The notes under the pieces are model-generated. The model worked only from the letters and a program-made list of their open reading frames with translations, searched no databases and was not told the DNA's origin. Positions 17,632-27,152 of a stretch of 28,092 nt of DNA are shown here, one piece after another. The stretch is from Planctomycetota bacterium. GTDB lineage: Bacteria > Planctomycetota > GCA-002687715 > DRQF01. The stretch lies in the NCBI GenBank assembly GCA_036479435.1, contig JAZGFI010000209.1:1-28092 (forward strand). The letters run 5' to 3'. A program made the position numbers and the translations under genes. Positions within the stretch are counted from its first letter, which is position 1. Each line of letters begins with the position of its first letter.

Positions 17632-19182
17632 CTAATTCGCGAGCCGCTGAAGCTCCATCACCATCTCGTGCATCAACAAAGTGTCTTGGCCGCAGTAGAC
17701 CAAAAGGTCATCTTTGATCTGTTGGCGAGTCGCATCATCGGTTTCAGGATCAAGGGACTTCTTCCAAGACACCACGGCTGCCATCCCGTCTTGAATCCCC
17801 AAGCCTTCGTAGCCGTGGCCGAGAATCGCCGGTGCGGCTTTTTTGATCGAGAAACTCCCTTGCTGGTCGGCGTGCAAATAGCCGGCCTTCAGTAAATCAA
17901 TGGTGTCGTAGAGCCTAGCCTGGATGGCCTCAATCCGAGCCACATAGTCAGCACCCAAAAATGCCGACAACTGGCTGAGAACCGTACTCTCAGCATTTCG
18001 GTAGTGAACGATGACGCTCCCCACTTTGGGTATCGCCGCGAGTAGTGAATCCGTGAAAGCCCGTCGTGGGTCTTCTTCGCTCAGCCACAAAAATGGCTCC
18101 GGTTGTTCGAGTTCGGCGCCGGCTTCGCGCTGGATGTGAATCGACCACTGAAAGGGCATCGTGGCGTAAGCCCAACTGCCGTCGTGACGGGGGATTCCCA
18201 TCCCCGTGTCGTATTCAAAGTCGACGTAGGTGCGAGGCCACCGCATTTTTCCAAGCTCTGATCTTAAGCCGTCGACGCCAATCCAAGGCTCGCCAGTCTG
18301 CACGGCCAAGATTGCGTGTCGTTGGTGTGTCGTCAACACCAGCTCTGGATCATCCAAGCTCAAAGACTCGATGGATTGGTCTTCCCTCCGCAATAACGGC
18401 GCGGCGGTGGGCCTGTAGATCTCGGGTAGGTGCCCAATCCAATGCATCGGGAGTTGTGCCCCGCAGTACCCCGTGCGGCCAAGGTGCCCGCAAGTACTCG
18501 GCCGATCGCCAGCCGCGTTTCCTCGACTTTCTTTACAGCGCGGCCCGGGAGCGGCCATGGGGATCTCATCGTTGGCAACAAGCGCGTGCTGCCGCGCCAT
18601 CTCAACTCGAGTCGAGTCGCCAAGCTCTGCCACCTCAGCGCTGCGATCGACGGCCATCATCAGTCGCTCGGGTTCAAGATCACCCTGCCGAACGTAGGTC
18701 TTGTCGAGAAGCCAAATTCCTGCGCCCACGATCTCAAGACCACTCGCGCGCGCGACCTCAACTTGAAATGCCAAGTCATGATCGAATAGAGGCGTCACCT
18801 TCGTCGAGGCCTTAACCTCCCACAGGTACCAGCCCCCGTCCCGAGGCTCTAAGACATCGGCCACAGCGAGAAGGGCATCCGTCTTCAAGTACGCTTGAAA
18901 GACGACATCCCGAGTCGCGATGAGCCTCCTAGTCCGAGCCTCGCGCGCATCGACGTCCTTAAGTTGCGGATCTCGGCGTTCGAACTCCCTTCGCTCTCGC
19001 CCCACTTCCGCCGCATCAATCAAACCCTCTACCAAGGCCTCGATCGCCACCCCTTCGCGCCGCCGCATTTCCCACTCTGCCGCCGAGTTCGTGGCGGGCT
19101 CCGGCTCTTCACTACGCTTGCGAAGCCAAAGCCGCCGCGAGCAATGCCTGCCAATCAAGTAGTCGGATTTGCTAATTCGCAT
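17632..19182 (-). CDS. DUF2779 domain protein (N-terminal PD-(D/E)XK nuclease-like, C-terminal RNase H-like)
   Basis: ISKSDY..G.HC..RLWL start, ADVL...EVKAST, YVDFE, PFQWSIH, GSFSIK, GIQDG.AA and L.YC..DT. GGA SD upstream. Confidence 0.88.
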   Translation of the reverse strand: MRISKSDYLIGRHCSRRLWLRKRSEEPEPATNSAAEWEMRRREGVAIEALVEGLIDAAEVGRERREFERRDPQLKDVDAREARTRRLIATRDVVFQAYLKTDALLAVADVLEPRDGGWYLWEVKASTKVTPLFDHDLAFQVEVARASGLEIVGAGIWLLDKTYVRQGDLEPERLMMAVDRSAEVAELGDSTRVEMARQHALVANDEIPMAAPGPRCKESRGNAAGDRPSTCGHLGRTGYCGAQLPMHWIGHLPEIYRPTAAPLLRREDQSIESLSLDDPELVLTTHQRHAILAVQTGEPWIGVDGLRSELGKMRWPRTYVDFEYDTGMGIPRHDGSWAYATMPFQWSIHIQREAGAELEQPEPFLWLSEEDPRRAFTDSLLAAIPKVGSVIVHYRNAESTVLSQLSAFLGADYVARIEAIQARLYDTIDLLKAGYLHADQQGSFSIKKAAPAILGHGYEGLGIQDGMAAVVSWKKSLDPETDDATRQQIKDDLLVYCGQDTLLMHEMVMELQRLAN

Positions 19183-19441
19183 GTTCTTCCTTTGTCCAAG
19201 CCGTACTGCCGCTCTCCGGTGCCTATTCGGAACCCCTCGCCTTCAGTCCCGCCTTTACACCCCGAATCGCCCAAGACCGCCCCCATGACCGCCTTCTCAT
19301 GCCTACCACGAGACCCACGTTAGTCTGCGGTGCCCCCTAGCCGCCGCTCTTTCCATTGCCCTCCCCACAAACTTGCCTTTGACAGGGCCACGATCCCCAT
19401 CAAGGCTGGCAGAGCCGTTTCAAGCCGAGAGAGAAATCAAC

Positions 19442-19915
19442 ATGAAATCAGGTGCCCCTGGCGGATTCGAGTGTGAAACCTACATCACAGCGTGGGCCCA
19501 AGGCCTCCACACTCAATCAGCGCTTCGTCACATCGACGACTGCCAATACTGCCGCGCCATCATCCACGGCGAAGGCGACCACCTCAAAACCTCCCAAGAG
19601 CAAGACGAGGGCCTCGCCCAACACTTCGCCGAAGCAAAACAAATCACCGAACAAGGCTTCACTCCTCCCGCACAACCACCCTGGCCAAACCAACCAACTC
19701 CCGAAGCCCTATCGTGCTTCGAAGAGCTAAAACTACGATTTGCGCAAGAACTCGAAGAGGATGACGATGCGGAGGATGCAGCGCCGAAATCCATTGATGT
19801 TCTTGACGTCGTGAAGCCTCACTTGCTTTCGATTCAGATCGCGCTGCAGACCGAGACTGATCCGACCTGGCAGGCTGTCCTCACTGATCTCGTCGTGCAC
19901 GTCACGAATCCCTGA
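19442..19915 (+). CDS. Protein with N-terminal ZAS-like zinc motif (HxxxCxxC)
   Basis: FEC...ALRHIDDCQYCR. ATG at 19442 after GAGAG. Acidic middle region and no TM helix. Confidence 0.6.
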   Translation: MKSGAPGGFECETYITAWAQGLHTQSALRHIDDCQYCRAIIHGEGDHLKTSQEQDEGLAQHFAEAKQITEQGFTPPAQPPWPNQPTPEALSCFEELKLRFAQELEEDDDAEDAAPKSIDVLDVVKPHLLSIQIALQTETDPTWQAVLTDLVVHVTNP

Positions 19916-20154
19916 TGAATGTCACCGGACCATCTTTGGCGCCTCGAGGGTCCAAGTTGACGCTCAACGTAACTAGGGCACGGAGGATGGTCGGTACCGC
20001 CATTTCGCTCGGAGGCGTCACGGCCAGCGTGACCGCGAAATCGGATGGGACCACCGTGGTTTGCTTTCGCTTGCCAGCTTCCCACAAAGGCATCATTGAT
20101 ATTACTCTGTCGGATGAGCGCACATCCGATACGCTGAAAGTTTTCGTTTTGTAG
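19915..20154 (+). CDS. Small beta-sandwich-like domain; may be the frameshifted C-terminus of the previous gene
   Basis: GTTVVCFRLPASHKGII aligns with GTSLLCYRIPTSFKGII of the next gene. TGA/ATG overlap. Confidence 0.6.
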   Translation: MNVTGPSLAPRGSKLTLNVTRARRMVGTAISLGGVTASVTAKSDGTTVVCFRLPASHKGIIDITLSDERTSDTLKVFVL

Positions 20155-20550
20155 AGTCGGCCCTCGAGTTGCCTCGAAGTATCGAACCACAGTGCGGCTG
20201 GCACTCAAATGACCGCAATGCCAAACGGGACTTCGACCGCGTGTTTTAGGCTTGCTGGAAGTTTTAGAGGCTGGGCGGGATCTTGAGGCTTCCGACAATC
20301 GCGGGGTTAGCTTCCCCAGCGTCTTGGTTGGCTGATCCCAACTCATTTCGGCAAGGCCATTCTTCGATACTCTCCCTTTGGTGAGATCCTGAACGAAAAA
20401 CTTCGTTTCTCGCAAGAAGTTGAGTCCACTCAGCTCAGGCCAACGTCTTTGTTGATGATGACAGCAAATTGGGATTGCATTGCCATCTCGCGCCTCGGCT
20501 GCACTTCTCCGTCTATGACCGCACAGGGAACATGGGTTGAAGTGAAGACA

Positions 20551-21033
20551 ATGACGAAAGCAAACTCGACAGAAACCGAAGTCGCCGCGGTCAGAGAAAA
20601 GTCACGACTTGACGTCAGGCAAAGAAAGAGCGGTGGCCACCGCCGCCTTCTCCTAAAATACTTTTCAGCCCTGGCATGCCTTTCCTTGATCGGCGGGACT
20701 GGGTTCTACGCTCGTACGCAAGCCACAACCCCAAGTCCAGACCCTATCCAAGCTGGAGTCCGGAGAGTCGCTGAACTCAACTTCAAGAGGATCGATGAGC
20801 TTGGAATCTCTGATGGCCAACCCGGAATTCTCAGCGTTTGCAGCAACGGGTCGCAAGGCAGCGTCACAGCAACGATCGGATTCGGGACTACGAACCTAGG
20901 CCTCGTCGGAAGCACGAAGCCAGGTGGCACATCACTGTTGTGCTATCGGATTCCTACGTCGTTTAAGGGCATCATCAAAGTCTCAGTTAGTTTGGGTGGC
21001 ATTGCCCACGCTCTCTCCGTCCTAGTGGCTTAG
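20551..21033 (+). CDS. Putative Tat-exported or membrane-anchored small protein with the same C-terminal domain
   Basis: HRRLLLK followed by hydrophobic YFSALACLSLIGG. C-terminus is similar to 19915..20154. Confidence 0.65.
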   Translation: MTKANSTETEVAAVREKSRLDVRQRKSGGHRRLLLKYFSALACLSLIGGTGFYARTQATTPSPDPIQAGVRRVAELNFKRIDELGISDGQPGILSVCSNGSQGSVTATIGFGTTNLGLVGSTKPGGTSLLCYRIPTSFKGIIKVSVSLGGIAHALSVLVA

Positions 21034-21310
21034 GCCGCCAAGCACCGTGTCAGCATTCGGCTCATCGCCGCGAACAAGCTACACCAACCATGGCCACCGC
21101 TAGCCTGCGTCCGCAGCTCAACGCCGCTGATCCTACCTCCCCAAGAACACGGAAACTTTTCGAAAACTGGGTCCGAGTCGCGAGGCAAGACGTCTGCATA
21201 AATGCCTGGTGGCTCTAGCGCATCGCGACGATAGTTACTGGATCGCAATGCAAGCGTAGAGGAGTCCAACCAACCGTGAATTCCCACACCGAAGCTATCA
21301 GAGAACAAAG

Positions 21311-21565
21311 ATGACGAATCGAGAATTGAATCACAGAACGGAACAAGACGAAACGTCACCAGGAGCGACTCGCCTCCAAATACGGAGCCGATTCATCATC
21401 GACGAAAGCGATCTCGCGGGCGACCAAACGGGACCACAAGCAGTGAGATCCGCCGGTCTTCTGACTCGCAATGGGACGGGGTCGAGACGACGTCACGCAC
21501 TAAAGGCCATCGCGGCAGTCGGACTCGTGACACCGTTGTCTGGGATGACGCAACAATTCTTCTGT
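21311..21565 (+). pseudogene. 5' stub of a possible Tat-signal protein, truncated where it meets the DUF6796 remnant
   Basis: SRRRHALKAIAAVGLVTPLSG. The frame then runs into the antisense strand of the DUF6796 gene. Confidence 0.4.
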
Positions 21566-22072
21566 AATTTCCACGAGCAAGATCGGATTGAGCGTGGCCA
21601 ACCAAGGGGGGAAACTGCTGCGCCCCGTGGCCACCAGCCAGGCAAAAACAGCAGAGGATAAGAACATGGCGAGTCGCATGAAGCTCAGAAGGGCCTCGTT
21701 GTAGAAACTCGCCCTTTCGAGCAGCTCCGGCGACTGCAGCAAGAGAATGAGATACACCCGGGAGCCCAACCAGACCTGGCCGAGACTAAGCGAGTAGACC
21801 CCGGTTAACAAAAAAGCCAAACGCCACGACTTGGCCGCTGGTCGCAAGCGAAGATAAAGGTGCCAATAGCCGGCGAAGTAGATCGGAAAGCAAAGTACCG
21901 CGACGAAGTGTCCAAAATTCATGTGCCATTGCGGCACATCACGAAGAAACTCATAGGATTGGCCGTAGCGGCCAGCGGCATCGTAGTGTAGCGCGAACTC
22001 TGCGACACCAACTAAAGAAGCTGCCGCGAGACCAAGCCAACCGGTGGCCTTGATCGTCCCTCGTTCCTGAAC
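21566..22072 (-). pseudogene. DUF6796-like membrane protein, 3'-truncated
   Basis: GWLGLAAASLVGVAEFALHY, GHF.AV..FPIYFAGYWHLY and FPPWLATLNPILLV, after which hydrophobic character is lost. Start codon is unclear (GTT after GAGGTG). Confidence 0.65.
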
Positions 22073-22073
22073 G

Positions 22074-23290
22074 TCAATCACCTCGGGAGAGACTAAGAGT
22101 TGCATCGACCTTCGGAGCGCTGACCATCTTCTGTTCGCCATTCGTGTATGTAACGGTGACCTTGGCAATTTCAGTTTCTTGGTCCAGGCCGAAACTCAAG
22201 ACGTGACTTTGGTCCGAAGCGAGGCCCTCGCCCGTCAAAAAGTGCTGAGTGAGCGTCTTGCCAGAAGCCGTAGTGAGCTGGACGACGGCACCCAGGGACT
22301 CGGCGCGATCATCAAGCCGTGGTCGTCCGTGAGATCGCCGCGGCCAGCAGATTCCGGGATCGTACGACCCGTGTTGGAAACGAAGAAGTCAACGCGACCG
22401 TCGTTGTCGTAGTCACCAACACCGACTCCCATGGGAAAACCATAGACGCTGGAAGTCGGGTTACTGACATTCTCGAAACGCAAGTTTCCCAAGTTGCGGT
22501 AGGTTTTTACTTGGCCCGTGTCATAGGCGACGACAAGGTCAACCTCGCGATCATCATTCACATCGACAAACACACCTTGAAAGGTGTTGTGGATGTAGCT
22601 GAGCCCCGCCGCGGCTGTGATGTCACGAAAGGTATCGTCACCGTTGTTGAGCAACAACAAACTTTGCGCACCGTAGCCATCCTTGTTGAAAATGCGCTGC
22701 CCTTCCATCTTCTCTTTTTTGATGTAAGTCGCAACAAACATGTCCACGTGGCCATCTCGGTTGAGATCAGCGAGAGTCATGGACAAGGGAATGAAGTTCT
22801 CATCGAAGGCGATGTTGAGGTTTTTGCCCTGAAACCTACCGCCGAGATTCCGGTAAAGATAGACGCCCGACTGGCGCGCAACGAACAAGTCTGGGAGACC
22901 GTCCCCGTCAACATCGAGGACGTTGACGCCGTGGGTGGCATCGTTGTCTTTTTTGTCGAGCCCAAGACCGGCGGCGATATTGCGAAAAGCTCCGTTCTCG
23001 AATTTCATCAGACCGTCGGCTTGATCTGACCCGCCTCCGATGAACACCTCAGGAATCCCATCTCCTTCGATGTCGATGATGGCGGAACCCAAAAAAGGGT
23101 GGGAGCGATCCTCGGCAAACTCATGGCTAAAATCAAAGGGCACTTCGGTGAACAGCGGGATCAGTTTGCCGTCGATGTCGACGTCATAGGGGTCGCTATG
23201 AGTTTGAAAGTAAAGGTATCCCCAAACTCCGGCAGCAAGGAGGCCGATTAACAGCAGCCCAATGAGGGCAAAAAGCCACTTTCGATTCAT
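22074..23290 (-). pseudogene. CRTAC1-like FG-GAP/VCBS repeat protein with ASPIC/UnbV C-terminus; internal out-of-frame deletion
   Basis: DVDGDGLPDLFV, DLNRDGHVDMFV and DYDNDGRVDFFV repeats. From about 22319 another frame reads SLGAVVQLTTASGKTLTQHFLTGEGLASDQSHVLSFGL, ending at TGA 22074-22076. Confidence 0.85.
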
Positions 23291-23523
23291 GAGCCAAGAC
23301 CTTCGGGGGGATTTCGGAAATCACGGTTGGGAGAACGCCCTGGAAACATCGGCGATCACCTGACCTATTCCGTCAAACCGAGACCTCTGGGTTTTTTCCC
23401 GAACCAGGCGACAAATCGCCACTTTTCGACAATAAAGTCAGATTGCTCCGGAACGAGACTTTGAAAATTCCGAAAAGCATGATGCCTCCCCCCGGCATCC
23501 TGCTTCATGTCGGAGATTCCATC

Positions 23524-24042
23524 ATGATCAAGCGCCGTAAATTCATCATCGATGGTCGATTTCAAAAACCGATCATGTACTGGGGCGCCCTACTGCCTTT
23601 CAGTATCGCCGCCGCCTTTGTGGCGGTTGTCTTCCTTGTTCCGAACAACGCGTCACTCGAAGCCCTCAGCGGCATAGAAATCCAGTGGTTATTGGTTGGC
23701 GTCGCCGCGTCGTTCTTGCTGGCGACCACCGCCGGCACGACCATTATCGCCGTCTTGTTGACCCACCGTGTTTTCGGGGCGGAGTACGTCATTCGGACGG
23801 CTCTTGAAGGTTTCGTCGTCGGGGATCACCGCCGGAGGCTCTCGCTTCGAAAGCACGACTATCTCTGCGAACTTGCCAAGACTTGCCGTCTCGTCTCATT
23901 GAGAATGGAAAGTCGCGAAGCCATCTTGGAGGCCATTCGAAAGGCCGTTGACGAAGGCGCCGACCTTGGGCAACTGTCCGAGCTTCTCGAACGCGAATCG
24001 GCGCGTCCCAAGGTTCGCGAGACCGAGCCCGTAGCATCCTAG
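23524..24042 (+). CDS. Two-TM membrane protein with HAMP-like domain
   Basis: KRRKFIIDGRFQ N-terminus, two hydrophobic helices, then THRVFG...GD...LSLRKHDYL.ELA. GGAG SD upstream. Confidence 0.8.
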   Translation: MIKRRKFIIDGRFQKPIMYWGALLPFSIAAAFVAVVFLVPNNASLEALSGIEIQWLLVGVAASFLLATTAGTTIIAVLLTHRVFGAEYVIRTALEGFVVGDHRRRLSLRKHDYLCELAKTCRLVSLRMESREAILEAIRKAVDEGADLGQLSELLERESARPKVRETEPVAS

Positions 24043-24558
24043 TCAGACGGCCGGTTGAGACTCCAAGGCATCAGGATCCGGGTGGACCACGGCATCTCGT
24101 AGCACTTTGGCCTGTCGCTCCAGCTCTTTTGCTCCCATGCGCGGGTAGCACGGCAGCACCAAGAGATGCGCCAGCATCTCACGGGTAATCACGGGATCGA
24201 GGTGCGGGCGATCTTCGGGAGGGGCAATGGCCGTGGACCGGCCTAGAGTCGCGGCATCGAGACCTTCAATGCGCAAGTCCTCCATCACCGCAAGCGGATC
24301 GCCAACACAAATCGGGAAAGCCCAAAAGTTGTGTTATGCGTTCTTAGAACCGGGAGCGACGGCCAAGTCAGGAAGACTCGCCAACAGCACGCGACCAGCT
24401 TGACGCCGCGGTTCAAGTTGCTCGGAGCTAAAGCCCTCAACACGCCTTTTCATGAGAGCCAACAATGGGGCCGTACATCGCTTCCAAATGCGTTGGGCCG
24501 AACCCAACTTCGCAACGCCGCGAACCGCGTCCCTAACCGAGTCCTCGTAGTCACGCCC
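24043..24558 (-). pseudogene. C-terminal half of a DegT/DnrJ-like PLP aminotransferase with in-frame TAA
   Basis: ORFs 24334..24585 and 24043..24288 are in frame across TAA 24334-24336 (GSKNA*HNFWAFPI). Ends with LLVLPCYPRM. Confidence 0.65.
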
Positions 24559-24899
24559 ATGCCGAACAACATGAACACCCGCCACTGGTTGCCGTAGGCA
24601 ATGCGGGAGTTGTCACGACTGATGTCCTGAAAGCGCGGAAGACGATCGCGGGAATTTGGTACGCGGTCTAGTTCGTTTCGGATGACGGATGACTCGCCTT
24701 CAATGCGCTGGGTCCAATCAAAGACCGCGGAGTCGAAAATCGCGAGGTCGCCAACTTTTGATTGATCGGAGAAGAACCGGCGCAAGGGCCTTCGAAGTCG
24801 CTTTCCCGTTCCAAAGACCATCGCCCGTCGATTCGCCCGTAGGCGATCAAGCAAGCTGGGTTCGGGGTTTGCGAGAGCTCCCGAATCTGAGATGGGCAT
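24555..24899 (-). pseudogene. N-terminal half of an aspartyl/asparaginyl beta-hydroxylase family protein
   Basis: SKVGD..IFD...FDW...IE.....IR.EL, LPRFQDIS.D..RI and WRVFMLFGMG, then an abrupt end before the HxD/H iron-binding domain. AAGGA SD upstream. Confidence 0.8.
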
Positions 24900-25019
24900 T
24901 TTGGCGATTCGTTTTCCCTTCCTTCGACACAAGAACAAGGGCAGCTATTTCGCGCTTTGCTCTATCAGGTCAATGCTCCCTTGTGAATCCGGACATCACG
25001 TGCTTCAAGGTGTCTACCG

Positions 25020-25610
25020 TTAGGGACGCAAGACGGCGTGATCGCCAGAGTCAAACCCGACAAGCAGCAGTCGCCCCTGCTCCAGGCCCTCCATGGCGAA
25101 TCGGGAGACGATCAGCGCTGCCCCGAGCTGGCCGCCGTATGAAAGACAGCTCGAGGCCTCGAACTCACCTTCGACCTTCGCGACGACCTCCGCCCTTTTG
25201 ATTGCTTCTAAGGCCTCGCTGCCGAGGTAGCGCCCCTCGGGCCACCAGGCGGGGCGGCACAGATTGTCGCTGTCTTCGTCGTCGTAGTACTCGATCCCCG
25301 ACACGTAATAGCCGACGACCGTGGTGTCTTTGCCATCGGGATCTTGCGAAGCTGCGTCAAAAAGACCGAAATAGAAAGCCTCGAGGTTCTCATCGGGCAC
25401 CTCATCCCGAAAAAGGCGCGTGAGCTGCGAGTTCACGCGGGCCACGTCCTTGGTGATCTCGACCGCCGAAAGCCCCACACAGAGCCCCTCCCCAACCTGA
25501 TTCTTCAAGAACCCGACTAGAGATCCCCAAGCGGACTCAGCGTCTTTCGCCTCGTTGGCGATACGCAAAACAAGGTCGTAAGCGTCCGCGCCATCTGCTA
25601 GGTGTTTCAT
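25020..25610 (-). CDS. Hypothetical acidic protein
   Basis: Protein-like from MKHLADG (ATG 25610). Motifs FYFGLFD and C-terminal VGFDSGD. Confidence 0.7.
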   Translation of the reverse strand: MKHLADGADAYDLVLRIANEAKDAESAWGSLVGFLKNQVGEGLCVGLSAVEITKDVARVNSQLTRLFRDEVPDENLEAFYFGLFDAASQDPDGKDTTVVGYYVSGIEYYDDEDSDNLCRPAWWPEGRYLGSEALEAIKRAEVVAKVEGEFEASSCLSYGGQLGAALIVSRFAMEGLEQGRLLLVGFDSGDHAVLRP

Positions 25611-25933
25611 GATTGTCGTCCCCACAAACGCCCTGGGGTTTCGATGCTCGCACCCTGGTCGCCGTGTCATTGAAGGACCGCCTGCTCTCCGTGACTTTCT
25701 ACCAGACGAGCCGCTCGACTTGAAGAGACAAGCGTTCGTTTGAAAGAATTTACATTCGTGATCACGGCGGAGATGGCGAAACACTCCCCGCTTCCAGCGG
25801 ACAAATCTCGGCGCGTCGAAGACGGGCCGAACAACGAAACGTGAAGGCGGCCTACGGTTTACCGCAGGCACGAAAAGGGCTAAAGTGCCCCTCGCCACCC
25901 ATCGAAAGCCTGCCGCCAGGGCGAGGAGACTTC

Positions 25934-26422
25934 ATGAATCGCTTCGCCACCTCTTTTTTGTTGTGCGCTGCGCTCTTCCTCGTCGGCTGTAGCAGGGACG
26001 AAGAGGATGCTAAGACCCGACCTAATTTTGGCACCATTGCCGGTAGCTATTCGCTCGATGTTGTTGCCACCAAAAAAAACGTGGACGTCATCGCCCTTGG
26101 AAACTCGGCCGAGCTGAGATCCATCTCGCTCGACGCCCGCGAGCGACGCGCCGAGGAACTAAAACGAATCGTCGAGAGCGTCGCTGCAAGACTCGTCCTA
26201 AGACCGACAGGCGAATACCAATTCGACCTCGACATTCCGGGCGAGAATCCCACAAACCTGAAGGGTCAATACCGGCTACGCGGCGACAAGGTTCAGCTCC
26301 TATCCGGGGGGCAGGCCAATGCGCTCAAGTCGACGAAACTCGAAGGCACCATCCGCGGCGACAAGATTGAGATCTACGTTTATGTCAAGCCAGTCGTGCT
26401 CTTCGTCTTTGAGCGTCAATAA
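25934..26422 (+). CDS. Lipoprotein, beta-barrel/lipocalin-like
   Basis: GAGGAG SD, signal MNRFATSFLLCAALFLVGC (lipobox), IAGSY and GQYRLRGDKV. Confidence 0.8.
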   Translation: MNRFATSFLLCAALFLVGCSRDEEDAKTRPNFGTIAGSYSLDVVATKKNVDVIALGNSAELRSISLDARERRAEELKRIVESVAARLVLRPTGEYQFDLDIPGENPTNLKGQYRLRGDKVQLLSGGQANALKSTKLEGTIRGDKIEIYVYVKPVVLFVFERQ

Positions 26423-26504
26423 TAGTCATCAAAACTTGAAGGGCAACGGTGCCGCCAAGCGTTGACCAACTGCTTCCCAAAACATCCCAGCCCGGAGATT
26501 CGAC

Positions 26505-27005
26505 ATGACTCATCGCTTACGGCCTCATCTCAACTCGATCCAGATGAACGAAATGATGTTCGACTGGGCCTTCAAGACGGCCAAAGAGGAAGATGCGACT
26601 TTCCGCTTGTCCAAAGACACCAACAGCTTTCGTGAAATCGCGGCGCACCTGGTGATTTCGCGCCATGGATTGTGCAAAAGCTTCGACATCGCCGTCGATG
26701 ATCTCCCCTGGGGTGATCTCGGCGAAGGGATGGAAGCTGGCTTCATTGACACCGACGACTTCCCAAGCCTCGCGACGATTCATGACGCTTGGAACAAGAT
26801 GGCGGCCGTCTTTCGAAGCGGACTAGTTAAGACGAGCGACGAGCAGCTGGCACAGCCCTCACCTTTCCCACTCCCCTGGGACGACTCTTCCACCATGGAA
26901 GACTTCGCGGCGCTCACCGTCGTGCACGAAAGCTACCACATCGGCCAGCTCGGCATGATCACCAAAGCCAAGACCGGTGCGGGATTGATGAACCCTCCGG
27001 GATAG
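26505..27005 (+). CDS. DinB/YfiT-like superfamily protein
   Basis: NSF..IAAHL and HESYHIGQL His motifs. GGAG SD upstream. Confidence 0.88.
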   Translation: MTHRLRPHLNSIQMNEMMFDWAFKTAKEEDATFRLSKDTNSFREIAAHLVISRHGLCKSFDIAVDDLPWGDLGEGMEAGFIDTDDFPSLATIHDAWNKMAAVFRSGLVKTSDEQLAQPSPFPLPWDDSSTMEDFAALTVVHESYHIGQLGMITKAKTGAGLMNPPG

Positions 27006-27101
27006 TCGGTTGTATAGTAAATTCGCGACCTATGAACATGAATTGGGCCGCTAGGTAGCTCAGGCGGTTTACCCCCGCTTTGGCTGATCCTTCCAAACGC
27101 T

Positions 27102-27152
27102 TAGGAGACCGAACACAGCTGTCTTCTTCGTAGCCTCCAGTGTCGTCTCTTA
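27102..27152 (+). ncRNA. Putative structured RNA leader upstream of rtcB (Y-RNA-like remnant?)
   Basis: TAGGAGAC/GTCTCTTA outer stem, bulge, ACAC/GTGT and GCTG/TAGC inner stems. Confidence 0.3.

Noticed and set aside
18066..18815. Long alternative ORFs (also 525..1094, 8961..9692, 14729..15259, 22319..23029)
   Set aside because: These are shadow frames overlapping well-supported genes, as expected in GC-rich DNA, and have no recognisable motifs.
19913..19918. TGA TGA as selenocysteine read-through
   Set aside because: The same frame closes again within about 14 codons, and the conserved domain continues in a different frame.
19834..20415. 193-aa minus-strand ORF
   Set aside because: It overlaps the + strand domain that is supported by paralogy and has no motif or SD. 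A small remnant in 20155-20450 cannot be excluded.
21030..21359. 109-aa minus-strand ORF
   Set aside because: No recognisable family or start signals, and it overlaps the start of the 21311 stub. Left uncalled.
25611..25898. N-terminal extension of the 25020..25898 ORF
   Set aside because: It is Arg/Pro-rich, not protein-like, and spans the divergent promoter region. ATG 25610 is the more plausible start.
27045..27120. tRNA gene suggested by TAGCTCAG
   Set aside because: No TTCGA T-loop, acceptor stem or cloverleaf could be built.
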